Positions 38,887 through 51,791 of a DNA stretch of 64,000 nucleotides are shown here, one piece after another. Numbering within the stretch: position 1 is the first letter of the stretch; every line of letters begins with the position of its first letter. The stretch is taken from positions 28,458,001 through 28,522,000 of the forward strand of contig NC_087447.1 in the NCBI RefSeq assembly GCF_036321535.1, in the 5' to 3' direction. The notes under the pieces were generated by a model. That model saw nothing but the letters and a program-made list of their open reading frames with translations, made no database searches and was not told where the DNA came from. The DNA comes from Camelus dromedarius. Its lineage: Eukaryota. Position numbers and translations under genes: made by a program.

Positions 38887-39430
38887 CAGGGGTCTTCACA
38901 CTTGAGCATACGTAAGAACCCTGTGGAGGGTTTATTAAAACACAGCTTCCTGTGCCCCAGCCCCAACCGTCCTAATTCAGAGATCCTGGGTGGAGCCCAA
39001 GAACGTGCCTTTCTTTTCATACAGGCACGCCTCGTTTTGTGCTTTGCTTTACCGCACTTCCCAGAGTCTACATTTTTTACAGATTGAAGGTTTGTGGCAA
39101 CCCTGCCCAAGCAGGTCTATCAGGACCATTTCTCCAACAGCATTTGCTCACCTCACAGCTCTGTCATGTTTTGGTAATTCTCGGTAATTCCTGCAATATT
39201 TCAAACTTTTCTATTATTATTCTATTTGTTGTGGTGATCTGCGATGAGTGATCTTTGATGCGACTATTACAAAAAGATTACATCCTGCTGAAGGCTCAGA
39301 TGATGGTCGGCATTGTTTTAGCAATAAAGCATTTTTAAATTAAAAAAAAAAAAAAAAGAATGTGCCGTTCTCACAAGCCCCTAGGCGATTCTGACGTTGC
39401 TGGTCCACGGACCATACTTCGAGTAGGACG
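38887..39430 (+). mobile_element. MER5A hAT-Charlie MITE split by a Tigger-derived insert
   Basis: acacttgagc...ggagggtttattaaaacacag...[insert]...acaagcccctaggcgattctgacgttgctggtccacggaccatac. Confidence 0.85.
39020..39357 (+). mobile_element. Internally deleted Tigger1 derivative (Tigger1a_Art-like) with 5' TIR, no 3' TIR and a poly(A) end
   Basis: TA+CAGGCACGCCTCG...TTTACAGATTGAAGGTTTGTGGCAACCCTG is the Tigger1 5' end; GCTGAAGGCTCAGATGATGG is from the 3' part; AATAAA 39323-28; A16 39342-57. Confidence 0.88.
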
Positions 39431-39810
39431 GATGCAGAGCCATTGCTGGGAAGCAGCTGCCCAGACATGTGTCCCAGCTTCACCCTTGCATCCAGGTGGG
39501 GCCAAATAACAAGTTCTCACCAAAGAAATATGAACAAAAACATGGTGTGTCACTTCTTGAATTAACGTGGTTAAAAAGCCTTTTTTCTCCCACTTCCTTC
39601 TTCCGTCTGTGTTCTCCATGTTGATGCCCGCGGCAATGTTACAGCTCATGTTTGAAGTTAAAGCCTTCATCAGCCTGAGCCACCTTCCCCCCACTGACAA
39701 GAAGCACCTGCATCAGATTACTGTGGGGAAAAGAATAAATTTCTATCATGTGAAACCACAAAATCTGGGGGTTTGTTTTTCACAGCAGGTCATATTACTT
39801 TAGCTAACAG
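39430..39810 (+). mobile_element. MLT1J-like MaLR LTR
   Basis: ggtggggcca...tgtgtcacttc...aataaatttctatcatgtgaaaccac...gggtttgtttttcacagcag. Confidence 0.7.
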
Positions 39811-40739
39811 GGGAATGGGAAGAGGGCAAGAGACTCTGGACCCCCTGCTCTATATTTGTCATTTTACTCTCCTTCAATTACGTGAGAAACCTCTTCTGCC
39901 TCCTTAACTTCTTCAAATGTCACCTCCTTTTGTCCCCCTTTACTGTATCTGTTTTCTTCTCAAACTCACTGTGGTAACAGATAAAATTAAATGGATTAGG
40001 ATTATGAGGTGGAAACACTCAGAATCATTTTAATTCCTGCCTAAGGTACTATCTATAATTTGCTTATTTATAGTTTATTCATTCATTTAACAAAGCCCAA
40101 CTCCATGCCTACTTATATATCTAAGACAATCCTGTTTCCAAAAACGGCATGAGTGTCGCCCCGGTCCCTCCCATAACCATGGTGGATATTGAAAATATAG
40201 AAGTGCTTTTTCTCACTGAGTCCTGAGGAAAAGCCTCCAAATCCTTTACAGCAGGGTGCTTCAAATAGCCACTACTAATAAATCCATAATGGTGGTTTTA
40301 CCATGAAGGGATAAAAAGCAATATGTATCCAAGTCATTTCTATTTCTATCACTTGTATCAATATATGGATTTTCCCAAAGATGTTGCAAGAAAGTTTGGT
40401 CTCCTGTGGTCACTCAATCTACTTCTAATATGTTTTCCTGAGTAATGGAAGCTGTAAAGGCCAAACTACATTTGCAGCTAAGTTTCCACATGGACTTAGG
40501 TTCCACCAAGCAGATATACCACACAAGACTTGAAATGCAGAACTCAGCACTGTGAGATAGCAGTCTTATATGAAGAGACTGGGCCTTCTGGCAGACACAA
40601 CTGCAGAAGTGTTTGGTTCTTCTAAGGCATTGTGAAGAAGGTTCTACAGGCCCGGATCTTGCATCAAAGTTATAGATCAACAGGTATCTGAGGCAGTCGA
40701 ATTTCTCTTAGCAAGTCCCTGGTATGGTTGAGCAATTCA

Positions 40740-41435
40740 TCAGGCTACATTGTTCCTTAGTGAGCAGGTTCTGCCCTTAGATCCAGGCAAGAGGGGCTCC
40801 TATTCTGGGACCAACACTTTAGAGGCTCTTACTCCGGCCACTGCCTCCCAAACGCAGAGTGAGAAGTATGTAGGGCCAACCGGACACACTTAACCGGAGT
40901 TCTAGCCCCAGACTGTGCCCCAGGAACATGGACCTGAATTCCTTACCCAAAGAGCCCTGAGCTTTCTTCCAGGATCTTTGTGGGACTCTTTCCTGAGGCC
41001 ATTCTTCTGAAAGTGTACCACACTACCCATGTGGACACCTTTAGATCTGAGAGTGGCCGCAGAGTGGCTTGTTGCCAGGGGTATAGATAGATCTTGGACC
41101 TGTGGGCTCTAGCATCCACACATATGCAGACGAGTGTCTCTTGTAGCCCATGGAGTCAGAGATGGGAAGAGAAGGACTGAGAGCCTGGGCTGGGGGCTGA
41201 GATCATGCTTTCCCCATGCCACTGTGCTTTGGTGAGGAACCCCAAGGAGTCTGAGAATTCGAGTTAATCTTGACTTTTCGGGTCATTTCAAAGGTAAATT
41301 TCCCAAGGTGTGAACACAGCACATATTTAATTTAAGTTTGAAGCGTATGTCTAAATTTTAAGTATTTAGACATGTTATGTGGGTATCTTCTTGAGCTCTT
41401 GCCCCAGATCCCACAAATTCTTGTAGCAGGACTAT
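40740..41435. mobile_element. hAT-Tip100 element remnant (MER45-like)
   Basis: ttaagtatttagacatgttatgtggg...ctcttgccccagatcccacaaatt resembles recalled MER45B/C termini. Confidence 0.5.
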
Positions 41436-41692
41436 TTAGTTCTCTAGCCTCTGATATGCTCTGTAAGCTACTTTATGCTCTGTAATAAATCCCTTTCTGT
41501 CTAAACTACCCAGAGTGTATTTTGTTCTCTAAAGCCAAGAACTCTGCTTGTTATGCTTCCCTAGATGCTTAGAAAGGGGCTGTATTTTCCTTTTCTTGTA
41601 GATAAGTCTACATGAAGTCCAAGAATATGGTTCTCTTTCGGTATCAACCATAGCTTCTAATTGTTGTGACTCTTCCTGATCCCAAGGCTCTG

Positions 41693-41850
41693 CACTACAG
41701 TAGAGAAAGTATGGAAGGTTGGATGAGAGCCTGGGTTGAAGATTCAGCTCTGACCCTTACCACGTGTGCACTCTGAACAAGCCATTTGTAATCTCTCTGA
41801 ACGCTAGTTTCTCATCTGAGAATTGAACAAGATAGTGCGTGTGCCTATCT
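41693..41850 (+). mobile_element. MIR fragment
   Basis: cctgggttgaagattcagctctgacccttacc...aacaagcc...tagtttctcatctg. Confidence 0.7.
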
Positions 41851-42764
41851 TTCATTGACCAGCAGCATTCAGATGCAACACTGACATTTCTAATGCTCGA
41901 ACTAAAGAAAAGAGTTAATAATAACTGACTCCAGAGGTATATCTCCTGTGGTGTATTTTCAGATGCTTTTTCTTTTGTTTACTTCAAAAACCTCTGCTCC
42001 AATCACTTCCCTCTGGAAAACTAATTCCACTGACCTCACTTATGACTCCATTAGGAAATACTTCTAGAAAGTCATTCAAATGTTTCCATTTGCCAATTCC
42101 ATTTTGGTACTTTGAGTTCGAACTCCTTATGCTGCAGGAAACCATTTTCTTCCTTGCTTTCTATTTAAACTCTTCAACACTCGTCAAGCATTATTATGTC
42201 ATACTCACGCTACTCAGGGATTTAATCACACACTCCATCCACTTCAAGACATATTCATTTTCTGGAGTATCCAATGACACGATCTGCAATAGCAGAGATA
42301 AGGTTTCAAGCATTTAAGGTCCTCTTGGGTTTTCTTGACTTTCTGAATCTTAAGGAATCTTTTTGAGTTAGTCCTGTAGCAATGCAAGCTTAAATAGCTT
42401 TCACAAAATGTTATGTTTCCTTTCCATTATATTTTTCAGATTAAGAAACTACTACAACAGTAGCCCTATGCTAGCAGGAAGATAAGCTTTTTGTGCCTCA
42501 TAAACTTGGAAAAGGGAACACACAAAAGTCATTTTATCGTAATCCTTCAGTTCTGTATCTAAAAATCCACGATGGCATGAGCAAGAACTGCATCAGGTGA
42601 TTTCTATTTTTGAAAGATTTTTCTAGTTTCTAATAGTCAGTGTAAAGTTGCCCCCCACCAAATGTGATTGGAATTGTAGAACCATTGAGATGTGGCATCA
42701 AACTGTTGAAACTCCATAGAACCTTAGAGAAAGTGCTTTAAATTCTGGAAACACTCGATACACC

Positions 42765-43262
42765 TGTAGCTGGGAGCTTGGGCATGTTGGCTCCATCCTT
42801 ATCCTCCTTCAGTTCAGCTCTCTGTGAGATGGGGAGACTGAGCCCTGCAGTCTGTTTCCCAGGATCCTGTATCAGCTGTCTTCTGGCTGAGTTTTAACAA
42901 AGCAAGACACTGGAAGGAGATAGAGAAGCCAGGGCATTTCTCCTCCTGCCTCTCTAGGGAGGCAGCTTCTCAGCAGTGGCCTCTCCTCTGCTGCTCCAGG
43001 TCCTTGGTTCCCTTGCTTGACGGGTTTGTTAATTCCGCCTTCCGTCTGACAACCCTCTAGGCAATAATACTGCTACATGTTTCATCTTTCCAGCCTACAG
43101 ATGGTAGCGGTTTTCTGCTGTTTAACTTTGTATTACTTTACCATCCGCTCTGTGGTTCTCAGATATTCCATTACCTTTGTAATAACTTTCCTGAATTCAC
43201 TTCACTCTATTGAAAAATCTTAAAGCAATTTCTGTTTTCCTGGTTAGACTCTGACTGATAAT
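42765..43262 (+). mobile_element. ERVL solo LTR (LTR33-like)
   Basis: gagaagccagggcatttctcc...gatggtagcggttttctgctg...tttctgttttcctggttagactctgactgatata. Confidence 0.8.
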
Positions 43263-44127
43263 ATAATTCACTGAATTTTGAAACAATGCACATAATTATT
43301 AGTGCACCAATAAGAATGTTAATGAACTTGGGTAGGATAAGTCACCTTACAGACTTCTTAGGACCTAACATGAAGTGAAACATAAATTGTGGAAAAACTG
43401 CCCCAGCAAGAAGAGATCAATGGAATATAAGGTAACAGTGTAATCTAGGGACTTGATGGTCAATTTTTTTTTCCTTCCAGGTAAAATAATATCTAGGTAA
43501 GTAGTGAATGCAACAACAGTTACTGACCTATTTAAAATTCTGAACTTAGGCCAATAGGCTTATTATCTAGTATGGACTGCATTAAGATGTTCATTACAAC
43601 AGCTCACAGTAACACCTGAAAACATTATGTCTGACTTGTTAACAAAACGAATGCCAAATATGTAAACCAGCACGTGGAAACATTTGATTTCATTTTGATC
43701 TCATTCTTTCATTTATACATTGAGTACCTACTGTATACCAGTCATTCTTTCTAGGTCCTATAAATACACCCCTGAGCACATTAGAAAAACCTATCCCTTA
43801 CTTGCGTGGAGTTTATGGTCTGGAGGAGGTGGTGGCAGTGTTTGGACCAATATCAACCAACAGTTTAAAAACCTCAGAGGAAAAACAGCCAATCCCCCCT
43901 TTCTTTTTCTAAGTCTAATCTGTCATCTTAAATCCTAAAATGAAAAAAAAAAAAACAGATGATCTTCTTACCTTCTAAAATATAATAATATATAAGGGAA
44001 TTAGATTTGAAGTTTGGCAAGTTTTGATTTGAGTTCAGGCTCTTTACTTTCCTGGCTGTTTAAATTATCACGTTTATCAAGGATTTCTCATATAGGCTCC
44101 CTAGAGTAATTCTAAAAATAGAAAATT

Positions 44128-44746
44128 CACTCCTGGGCATATATCCAGAAGGAACCCTAATTCAAAANNNNNNNNNNNNNNNNNNNNNNNNNNNNNNNNN
44201 NNNNNNNNNNNNNNNNNNNNNNNNNNNNNNNNNNNNNNNNNNNNNNNNNNNNNNNNNNNNNNNNNNNNNNNNNNNNNNNNNNNNNNNNNNNNNNNNNNNN
44301 NNNNNNNNNNNNNNNNNNNNNNNNNNNNNNNNNNNNNNNNNNNNNNNNNNNNNNNNNATTCTAAGTGAAGTAAGCCAGAAAGAGAAAGAAAAATACCATA
44401 TGATATCCCTCATATGTGGAATCTAAAGGAAAAAAAAGAAGACAAATGAACTTAAACATAAAACAGAAACAGACTCACAGACATAGAATACACACTTGTG
44501 GTTGCCAGAGGAAGGGGGTGGGAAAGGACAGACTGGGAGTTCAAGATTTATAGATACTGACAGGTATATATAGAATAGATAAACAAGCTTATACTGTATA
44601 GCATAGGGAAATATATACAAGATCTTGTAGTAGCTCACGGTGAAAAGAGTATGAAAACGAACATATGTATATTCATATATGACTGAAAAATTATGCTGTA
44701 CACCAGAAATTGACACACATTGTAAACTGACTATAACTCAATAAAA
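44128..44746 (+). mobile_element. Young 5'-truncated camelid-type L1 (ORF2 C-terminus plus 3' UTR)
   Basis: ctcctgggcatatatccag...[N190]...attctaagtgaagtaagccag...ctcaataaaaaaaa; TSD AAAAATAGAAAATT (44114-27) / AAAAATAGGAAATT (44747-60). Confidence 0.92.
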
Positions 44747-44829
44747 AAAAATAGGAAATTGTGTTGAGAATAGAGATATTTAAGTTTGGAGAACTGAAAT
44801 AAGTTTTTCATTTCATTTACTTTCATTTG

Positions 44830-45500
44830 ATTTTTGCTTTTCAGCAATTGACCATGATGTGCTTGTGGATTCATTGTTTTTGTTGTTGTCATTGTTTTTA
44901 ACAAATTTGGGAAATTTTAGGTCATTAATTTTTCAGATATATTTTTCTGCTTTATTCAGTATTTCTACTTCTGTGACTTTAATTACACTTTTATTAGACT
45001 GGTTTATATGGTCCCATGACTCATTAAGAATATACCATTTTTTAAAAATCTTTTTTGTCCCTGTTCTTCAGGTTGGATAATTTCTATTTTTCTATCTTTA
45101 AGTTCACTGACTTTTTTTTTCAGTATCCAATCTACTATTAATATAATCCGATCAATTTTTAAATTTTAGATAGTATACTTGTTAGTTCTAGAATTCTATT
45201 TGGTTTTCATAGTTTCCATTTTTCTGATGAGATTTACTACTCTACATTTCCTAAAGACATCTTTTCTTTTAAATTCTTAAATATATTTATAATAGCTAAT
45301 TCAAAATCAGTATCTCTAATTTCAACAACTAAGTCATCTGGGATCTGTTTCTTTTGGTTGGTTTATTTTCATGATTACTGTTCACATTTTTCTCTTTCTT
45401 CATATATTACACAAGACATTTAAGACAATACATTATAGTGAGTTTGATTATATTATCTTCCTTAAAAAGCTATTAAGTTTTGTTCTTGCAGGCAGTAAAA
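44830..45500 (-). mobile_element. Old L1M 5'/ORF1-region fragment
   Basis: aaatttgggaaattttaggtcatta...ctttaagttcactgac...gttctagaattctatttggtt. Confidence 0.65.
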
Positions 45501-46359
45501 CCTCTTTATTAAAAAAAAAACTGCTTTTATGATCTCACAAACTGCCTCCTATTCCTTTAAATACCTCTGACATATTCTTTCTGCCATAAATATTATCATG
45601 ACTACAGTCAAAGGAAAAACGGCTATACAAATGCTCAGCAATTCAGAAGTCATGAGTGTTAGAATTTAAAATCCATTTCATCCTTTTATTTCAAGGTTAG
45701 CTTCTATGTGGAGAACTCACTGTACAGATTTGCATATATATTATTTTGTATTACCTATAAAAATCATATTCTGAAGAAAGCAATATAAATTTTAAGTGTA
45801 AACAGCCTTAACAAAATCAGTTTGTAAGAACATCTTAGTTTAAAAAGCTTAGTTTGTAAAAAATAAAAATAATCTAAAACAATTCCAGGGAAGGAGTCTT
45901 AACACGTTCACGGCAGCTGAATTAGAGGAAATAAGAACACTAATTTGGAGGTAAAGGAAACAAAACTACTTGGCAATCTCTGTTTGATTGACATATGTAT
46001 AAGGATTAAGTGAGCCCATATTGAACACCTGTTCTATTCCAGTTTGAGCCAAAGATTTAATAGTATTTTTGTTGTTGTTTTAAAAAGAACATATTTGTTG
46101 GAAAAACTCTTAGATACTTAAAAGTATAAAGAAAAAATTTCAGTCTTCTCAGAAATAAATGCCTGAACATGTTAAGTTATTTCCTTCAAGTTTTGATATG
46201 TATGTATAGTGTATATATGTGTGTCTGTGTGTGTACTGGGTAAAAATCACATATATATAACAAAACTGGAATGATGCTCTCAATATAATGCTTTATCTTA
46301 TTTATGTCACTAAAAACATTACATGGACTTTTCAACAAGATTAAATGGCCTTTGAGAAA

Positions 46360-46798
46360 NNNNNNNNNNNNNNNNNNNNNNNNNNNNNNNNNNNNNNNNN
46401 NNNNNNNNNNNNNNNNNNNNNNNNNNNNNNNNNNNNNNNNNNNNNNNNNNNNNNNNNNNNNNNNNNNNNNNNNNNNNNNNNNNNNNNNNNNNATAATAGA
46501 TGCTGAACAGGGNNNNNNNNNNNNNNNNNNNNNNNNNNNNNNNNNNNNNNNNNNNNNNNNNNNNNNNNNNNNNNNNNNNNNNNNNNNNNNNNNNNNNNNN
46601 NNNNNNNNNNNNNNNNNNNNNNNNNNNNNNNNNNNNNNNNNNNNNNNNNNNNNNNNNNNNNNNCAAAAATTCTAATCTGAGAAGATATGTGCACCCCGAT
46701 GTTCATAGCAGCATTATTTACAATAGCCAAGACATGAAAACAACCCAGGTTCCAATCAATAGATGATTGGCTTAAGAAGATGCCACACACACACACAC

Positions 46799-46829
<31 letters not shown>

Positions 46830-47276
46830 TACACAATAAAATATCACTCAGCCATTAAAAAAAGAAATGAAATATTGCCATTTACAGCAACAGGGATGGA
46901 CCTAGAGAATTTATACTTACTGAAGTAAGTCAGCCAGAGAGAGACAAATACTATATATCACTTATATGTAGAATCTAAAAAAAAAATACAAATGTATCTA
47001 TATACAAAACAGAAGCAGACTCACAGACATAGGAAACAAACTTATGGCTACCAAAGGGAAGAGGAAGGGGGAAGGAACAAATTAGGAGCACGGGATTAAC
47101 AGATACAAACAGATGAAATAGATAAGTAATAAGGATTTACTGTATAGCACAGGGAATTATAGTCAATACCTTGTAATAATGTATAACGGAATATAACCAG
47201 AAAAAATAACTGAATCACTATGCTGCACACCTGAAACTAACAATACATAAATCAATTATACTTCAATTAAAAAAAA
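46360..47276 (+). mobile_element. Cetartiodactyl-type L1 3' end with internal (CA)n (46783-46832), inserted in an antisense L1ME remnant (~46080-46340 and ~47280-47440)
   Basis: gatgttcatagcagcattatttacaatagccaag...ctgtatagcacagggaattatagtcaat...cttcaattaaaaaaaa; the 5' end lies in an N run. Confidence 0.9.
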
Positions 47277-47734
47277 GAAAAATGTGATCTTTGATAGTTG
47301 TCTAACATTATATGGATAATTTACTTATCCATCTCACTAATATACGAGATTATGTTGTTTCCAACTTTTCATTATCAAATAAATTAAATATGATTATTTC
47401 CATACAATATATTTCTGAAATGGAAATAGTAGGTTGATGGATGTGAAGAGAGTTAAGAAGGCAGGACATAAAGCCAGTGTAATGGAAAGAGAAAAGCTTG
47501 AAACAGAAACAGAGGTGGTTTTAGTTAGCATTGTTTATATAACTCAATTGGAAAGGATGGTATGCCAAGGCAGCAGGCTTTCATAAAATAGTTGCTCTGC
47601 ACTTCCAACAATCATTGGAAAATGGGAGCTTAGACTGAAGACTTGTAAAGCTACAGCAGGATTCTTTATAGTATGTGCCGTAGAACATCCACTGTGTGGG
47701 ATTTTAACAAGTGTTGTATTAAAGAAGTGGTGTG

Positions 47735-47890
47735 GGTGGGGGTGGGTATGGCTCAGGGGTAGAGTGTGTGCTTAGCATGTACAAGTTCCTGGGTTCAATC
47801 CTGGGTACCTCCATTAAAAAAAAAAAACTAATAATAAGTAAATAAATAGACCTAGTTACCTCCTTCCCCAAAAACAAACAAACAAACAAA
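47735..47890 (+). mobile_element. tRNA-Ala-derived camelid SINE (Vic-1 type, long tail)
   Basis: GGGTATGGCTCAGGGGTAGAGTGTGTGCTTAGCATGTACAAGTTCCTGGGTTCAATCCTGGGTACCTCCA plus A-rich/(AAAC)n tail; degenerate TSD 47721-34 / 47891-904 (11/14). Confidence 0.92.
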
Positions 47891-48369
47891 AAAGGAGTAT
47901 TGTGAGATACATTGACTTTGGGAAATACAGACAAAGCCAAACAAGATTTTCACTGTTATGTTTTACTGCAGGACTTCCCAGAGCCTTGAAGGTTCTTATG
48001 TGCTTTTTAACACGTCAGAGACTAAAACATAGAACATTTCCCAAAATCTTTTGTTCATTAAGTATCTTGGGAGAAAAGCGTTCCGTGGAACACCAAATTG
48101 GGCAAAAGTACTCCAACAGAATTGAGGAGAAGTACATTATAGTCAAGGTCGGTGGAAAAACCATATTAGATTAAGTTCTATTAGGTTAAATGGTTTTACA
48201 GCAACATTGCCACGTCTTGAAATCTTGCTTTCAATTTATATTCCTTATTTATCTCTTTCAAAATGCCAAATGACCTATACCTTTCTTTTGTCAGTGCATA
48301 GCTCTAAACAAAGGTAAGATTTGGCGGACTGTGAATTTTATTTCCCTATGACAAATTTTTGTGGAGTAA

Positions 48370-48525
48370 CATAGTCACAAAATCCCGGCCTAGTTGTTAG
48401 GACAGAGTGGTTGGCTCTGCCACCAGCTAGCTTTGTGACCTTAGAAATTAACTTTGTTTGGCACAGATGTAAAATAAAAGGTCTGTTCAATGAATGATTT
48501 GAACTAGATGTTCAGACACTTTCAA
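48370..48525 (+). mobile_element. MIR fragment
   Basis: ggctctgccaccagctagctttgtgacctta. Confidence 0.5.
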
Positions 48526-48846
48526 TCATTCTCACCTGGTGTCATTCACGGACTTGAAGATCTAACCAGCTTCTCTCTCTGGGATCTGTCTTACGTATCT
48601 TAGGCTGTGATGGTAATCTTATTCTCTAAGTCCACAGCATTTTTAATAACGAAGCTATCCTATAATGACATAAACCAAGAGAAAGACAGTTATTCAACTT
48701 CCTATCAAAAATTCAAAAATAAAAACATTTCTGTTCTGCCTTTTGCCTTCAAAGATATTTGTGCCCCAGAGATCAGGGACCTTGCTAACCTACATTTTCT
48801 GCATTACCTCTGTAGTTCCAGGTTGGCCAATGGGCTACTTGTGCTT

Positions 48847-49007
48847 ACAGTAGAGATGTTTAACCTGGATCCTTGAACCCTATGAAATTGTGTGTAACAT
48901 TTTCTCTTTATATGTGGGAATGTTTATCTTTCTGGGAACACACTCCAACTTTCAGTAGATTTTCAAATGGCATTTTAAACCCTTCAAAATAGTTAAAAAT
49001 TATTGTT
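48847..49007. mobile_element. hAT-Charlie MITE (MER103-like)
   Basis: tttaacctggatcc...gaaattgtgtgtaac...actttcagtagattttcaaatgg...gttaaaaattattg. Confidence 0.55.
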
Positions 49008-49664
49008 TATAGGTGTCCTAAGGTTTTTGAAGAGGTACATGAAGTAAAAAAAAAAAAAGGCACAGATTAATGCTGGTCTAAGTTATTACTACACTAATTT
49101 ACCCATCATCAGAATGTGTGGGAGTAGAGACCTCAGGCTATAGAAATCAGCATGATTGCAAAAAGACAAAAAAAAAAAGCTATTTAGAGGCATCTTCTCT
49201 TCTTCTTTGCTTCTTCAAGCCCCAACCACTGCATGGAAAAAAAAAAAACTGTAGGAAAAATGTCTTAATGGTATGTTGTAAAAACAGCCATTAACCAGCT
49301 ACAAGATGTGTCATCACTGGCAAAAGCAGAGATAACAATATTTGTCCACATATTAACCTTGCTTTTAGAGAGCTTAAAAAGAAACATTTCTACAGGATTG
49401 TTCAGTGTCATCAGAGTGCCTACGTCATAGTTCACTGTGACTGGTCCTTTAGGGAAAGGATTCTTAAGAAAGCCTGGCTGTAGGATACCTTGGCCATCTT
49501 TACTTAATCTGATTATTTTCGTCATACGCTGTCTTCTGCATGCTCTCCGACTGCAGGTCTCAATTTATTGATGCCTATTCTAGATTAGAATCACACATAT
49601 ATCTCCATACACCTCTGAACATCATCACTGTGTGTGACAGCAATGATGATGAAAGTGTGAACAA

Positions 49665-49858
49665 TGATGACTACAGCTAATATTGAGCTAGTATTTAGTA
49701 TGTGCCTTACAGAAAGCTTTTAAGGTAGTGATTATTACTAACATGTTCACAGACAAGGAAACTAAACTATAGAACGTAATTTAGCCTGGATCATAGGTGG
49801 CCAAACCAGGATTCAAGCCCAAATAGTCCTAGGCTAGAGCTTATTATGCTATTTGACC
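49665..49858 (-). mobile_element. MIR fragment
   Basis: ttcacagacaaggaaactaaac...ccaggattcaagccc. Confidence 0.65.
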
Positions 49859-50736
49859 TTTAAGATGTAACTCGGGAATTTGCTTATATCCTCCTCATTT
49901 TCCATTGTTCCAATTTTCCCCATGTTTCTTCTCCCTCAGTTCTCCCACCCAGAATGCCCTCAAGTTACTTCTAGATTCAACTACTAGAAACAGCCAGCAT
50001 TTTCCCTTGGCCCAAAAGACATGGTCATCTCAGTTCATGATATAGGACCTTGACTGCCATACTCCTTGTTGGCCAACTGTGTCTGAATCTAGTCTCCTGT
50101 GACCAGAATGTTGCAATGGCCCTATCGAAGTTGGAGTTAAACTCTGAACAGTCACATTTTACAGATTATATGTTGAGGTTTTATAGATCATCTGCAGAAG
50201 ACTCAGTGTCCTGGGCTTGCCAGGAATAGGTTCTACATCATATAAGGCTGTTTCCCAAACATTGGCCATTCCCATAATACTTTTGTGATATTTTTCAGTC
50301 CTGTGCCATCTCTCCTAGTATTTATGTAATATTTGGATTTAAATACACTGTTTTTTTAGGTAAATAGATATATTTATAAATAAAAGTTTATTTCATCACA
50401 ATAAATTGAAAACTAGTATCATCCAATCTAAATAGAGAGCAATTCAAAAAGCAAACAAGACAAAACAAAACTATGTTGTTAAATTTTACCTAGACTTTAT
50501 TGCTTTCTAAGACTCTGAATATTGAGGCTTCTTTCTCTTTGTTAAAAAGGGAAATTATGTAGTATTAGAAAAAAACCAGTACTAAGCTGATATTTCTCTT
50601 TGATCTAATCAGAAGGGTTAAAGGGGAATGAAAAAGAGAAAAACTTTTCATACTATACAATTTATTCTTATTAATTCTCATACTATACAATTAATTCAAT
50701 GCCCTGTCTGCACATTACCTAAAATTCATCGTGAAC

Positions 50737-51047
50737 AAACCTGTTTGGTAGAAATACAATGCACATCATACATAATTAAAAATTTTCTACTAACTACATT
50801 AAAAAATAAAAATAAATTGGAGAAATTAATTTTAATATTTGATTTAAACCCACATATCTAAAATATTATCATTTCAACACATAATCAATATAAAACTTAT
50901 TTATGAGATATTTTACACTGCTTTTTTATATTGTCTTTTATATCTGGTATGTATTTTACACTTATAGCACATCTCAATTCATATCAGCCACACTTAAAGT
51001 ACTCAACAGTCACATGAGGCTAGTGGCTATAGGATTAGATAGCACAG
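50737..51047 (+). mobile_element. MER33 hAT-Charlie MITE
   Basis: aaatattatcatttcaacacataatcaatataaaa...ttttacacttatagcacatctcaatt...gctagtggcta...gatagcacag. Confidence 0.9.
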
Positions 51048-51465
51048 AATCTCTACACTGCACACTTTAGGAAAAACAGGCTGTATAAGAACGCCTGATC
51101 TCCAGGACCCTTTGTGGTTAACATGGTTATGACCCCTGGAAGCCAGTTCTGGACCTTTCCATACCTTGGTTTCTGTGCCTTGAAAATGAGAGAATTTCAC
51201 TGACTGTCCCTGGGGTTTCAAGCTCTCCTGCTTTACTGACTGCTATTTGTTTCTTTCCTGTCCCCACTCCCTTTAAAGCTTTTTTCTTTAAAATCATTTA
51301 AAGCCTTATTCTTGGAAACCTTCAAACAGCAAGATGCACCATCACCCTCCAAAGAGTACACATTGTTGCCACAGGAGAGCAGATACAGGGATGAGTTACA
51401 TCTGATGGTTACAGTGCCTGAAAGCAGCCTCCAAAGGAGAAGCAAAGCACATCCCAAGAGTCAGT

Positions 51466-51755
51466 GTTCATTCATTCATTCATTCATTCATTCATTCATC
51501 TATTCATTCATTCATTCAACAGCATTCATTGAGCCTGCTCTGTATCAGGCTCCATGCCAGGTGTTGAACATAGAAAATTGAATAAGATATGATCTCATCA
51601 GTGGGAGAATGGGTTGGGAAAAGTTTGGTGAAACAGGTACTGTTGGCTGAACCCCAAAGCTTCAGGAGCATAGAAGTGTGACAATCGAGGACTCCCTGGA
51701 GAAGGTAACATTTAAATGGACTCTTGAAGAACAAATAGAAGGTAGCCAGGCAATA

Positions 51756-51791
<36 letters not shown>

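Noticed and set aside
38345-39810. Inverted pair of MLT1J-like LTRs as a dsRNA hairpin
   Set aside because: Copies are old, diverged and only partly overlapping in consensus; stable pairing is unlikely.
47735-47815. tRNA-Ala(AGC)-like sequence (also 38690-38765, minus strand)
   Set aside because: SINE heads with A-rich tails, TSDs and stem mismatches; not tRNA genes.
49265-49525. Protein-looking 86-aa minus-strand ORF (MTKIIRLSKDG...)
   Set aside because: No recognisable homology and no convincing splice-site pair; the length is within chance expectation.
51759-51789. A31 run as a possible orphan retro-insertion (also T23 at 11805-11827)
   Set aside because: No convincing TSD or attached body; the A31 lies in a purine-rich L2 segment prone to slippage.
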